The translations under genes were made by a program, and so were the position numbers. Below the pieces are notes generated by a model. That model was not told the DNA's origin, did no database searches, and was given only the letters and a program-made list of their open reading frames with translations. DNA of 64,000 nt from Guillardia theta CCMP2712 (taxonomy: Eukaryota; Protista; Cryptophyta): positions 172,360 to 236,359 of the forward strand of contig NW_005434596.1 in NCBI RefSeq assembly GCF_000315625.1, given 5' to 3'. The first letter of the stretch is position 1. Every line of letters begins with the position of its first letter. Below, in pieces: positions 61,630 to 64,000 of this stretch.

Positions 61630-64000
61630 GAGAGGAGGAGGAGGGGGGAGGGGGAGGAGGAGGAGGAGCGCCTGACCTAGGCCAGCAACTTTGAGCGAGT
61701 GCAGTCGATCTTCCCAGCATTCTTTACGGCGAGCAAGCAGCGTCACTGCTCAGCTTCAGCTCAATCCTAGCTCACCTTCTCCCTCTCCAACGAGCTTGAC
61801 GACGACGTTGGGCCGCAGCCTTCGGATTAGATCTGTCCTTGCAACTTCCCAAGACCCCCAGGAGTCCTCGGGCGTGAGGAGGAGGAGGATGAGGAGGAGG
61901 GATGCTTGGCTCGCAGCCGTTGCCAGAGGCCGTACATGCTCTCCTCTGAGACCATGAGCAGTTGCCCCCCGTGCGAGTGAAAGGTCTTGGCCTGCTTCTC
62001 CTCTTCGAGGATCGCGGCGCTGCCACTCCTCCTGTCTGGCTGCGGGGGCTGACGCATCAAGCAGCAATCCCTTTCTATGGCCTGGGTAAGGAGTCACTCC
62101 CAGCCAGTGAACTTGCTGACTGCACACGGATGAAGGAAGGAGAAGAAGGAGGGTCGAGGAGGGATGCACAATAGAAGAGAAGTATCAAGGAGGAGGCGGA
62201 GGCTGACAAAGAAGGGAGAAGAGGCGCATGAAGAAGAAGAGGAAGAGGAGACGTATGAAGGAAGGGGAGGAAGTGGAGACGCAAGAAGGAAGGGGGGGGG
62301 ACAGGGCGGTAGCTACTGACCTTGCTGAACCACTCGTTCACTGACTTGTCGTAGCAGAGACCGACTTCTTTCCTCCCGCACACTCGAAACGATCTTGTGG
62401 TCGACCTCCCTCCCCATATCTCACCCTTGAACAGCATGCCTCCCAACGACGACAAGCTGCCTCCTCCTCCTCCTCCTCCTCCTCCTCCTCCTCCTCCTCC
62501 TTCTCCTGCCATTCTATCCACGTCCTCCTCCTCCAGGCTGATCCTCAACGTGCCCAGCTCAGGCTTGGACAAGCATCGCACCATCATGGCTCTCTCCTCC
62601 ATCACGATCGACGGCTGCACGTGCGCCATGTTCGGCTCCGCCTTCTGCGTCAGCGCAACCCCTCCGCATCCACCAGCGTCCAGACCCTGTCGAGGAAGAG
62701 ACCAGAGGAGGTGAGGAGCCAACCAGAGGAAGAGGAAACGATCTGAGGAGCACAAGACTTGATAGGGAACAGGATCAGCTCTTGAACCGTCGCTATCCTC
62801 TCGTCCTGCGCGCCAGCCCCTCCCGCCTGCTCCTCCTCCTCCCCCTTGTCTACGAAGTTCGTCTCCAGGAACCGAAGGACCCTCCTCGCGTCGTCAAACG
62901 TGCTCATGTACCCGAACGACACCCGCACCGCCCCTGTCGCCTTCCCGCCGATGACGCACCTCCGGTCCCCGCACACCTTCCCCTCCCTCAGGAACAGCTC
63001 CACGTCCTCGCTTGTATGCCCCAGCATCTCCTTGTTCGCGCCTGGGTTGCAGAAGGACCCCGTCCTCAGGTTGATCCCCACCAGACACGCCAGCTCCTCC
63101 ACGTGCGAGTAGTCAAGCAGCCCTCCAGCAGGCTGGAGCATGTTGAAGCAGCAGATCGAGCCGACGGCGCTGGAGGGAGAGGAGGGCGGAGGTCCGTAGA
63201 CCATAGCCGCCTTCCTCCCGTTGGCATGCCTCATCTTTCCCAGCTCGGAGGCGAAGAAATCCCTCAAGCTCCACGTGTGCTGCTCTATCCCCTCCATCCC
63301 GATCTCCTCCAGGTGCCGAAGCCCGAGCTCTGCCGCCATGATGGAGAGGAAGGGGATGGTTCCGTCCTCGAGCCTCTCGTGCAGACTCTCTCGCAGGACG
63401 AACATGTCGTCGTCGGCTCTCGCCGCCAAGACGGTGCCTGAGGCACAGGAGGAGTGAGTGAAGTCGGTTGTAAGAATGTGACCGCTGCAGGCAAGAACGG
63501 GAGAACGATAATTGTTATGTACAGAGATGGTTCGACACGTGATCGTTTCATAGACATGCAGGGCAAGAGAGGGTGGAGACAACACAAGCATAGGAATGCG
63601 AGCAGCACCTCCTCGCTCTCCTCACCTCCAGCAAAAGTCTTCTTCTCCAGGCACGCGGCCGACTCCCTCCTGATCAGCAGAGCTCCCAGCCCCGTCGGAT
63701 AGCCGAACATCTTGTAGAAGGAGAGAGTGATAAAGTCAGGTTTGTGCTCACCATCCAAACGGAGAGGCGATGTGCTGGCGTGCTTAGCGGCGTCTAACAG
63801 CACCTTCCACCTGGTGTCGCCTCCACACCCCAGCAGCTGGTTCAGAGCCCCAGCTTGCACCCTCTCAGTCCAGCTGAGGTCTAGCTTCTGACCGCTGAAG
63901 TTGCACTCAGCGGGGAACGCGAACAGGCTGAAGGTGGTCTGTTCCTTGCTGCCCTCGTCCGCATCCTTCGCGGCTGATTCCAGCACCTCAGCAGCCTGCA
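61630..64000 (-). CDS. MOCOS: Molybdenum cofactor sulfurase (NifS-like PLP domain + MOSC domain), partial at both ends
   Basis: LFAFPAECNFSG, VLLDAAK, PDFITLSFYKMFGYPTGLGALL, EDGTIPFL, LRTGSFCNPG and GAVRVSFGYMST; MOSC motifs LFPIKSC, FLDRVWTLVD, LTQKAEP and RLRPNVVV. Confidence 0.92.

Overview
Gene-dense, intron-rich eukaryotic nuclear DNA. It has many ~45-60 nt introns, other introns filled with polypurine/polypyrimidine microsatellites, and three 100-N assembly gaps. The style and the signal-peptide+Phe presequences suggest an alga with a complex red plastid, such as the cryptophyte Guillardia theta (inference). About 17 protein genes can be traced by splicing the ORF fragments by eye, so gene boundaries are approximate. 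The standout is a head-to-head pair of paralogous genes (33104-39492 minus; 41990-48750 plus). Each encodes cytochrome b5, a CP heme motif, four globin-fold domains (three with the proximal His) and a TRPV-like multi-pass ion channel, i.e. a candidate heme/gas/redox-gated TRP channel system. Other notable items: a putatively plastid-targeted DEDDh exonuclease-uracil-DNA glycosylase fusion, an Hsp110-like NBD-TPR fusion, a ~3 kb interrupted palindrome (16622-19599) and a recurrent class of GC-rich palindromic intergenic islands.
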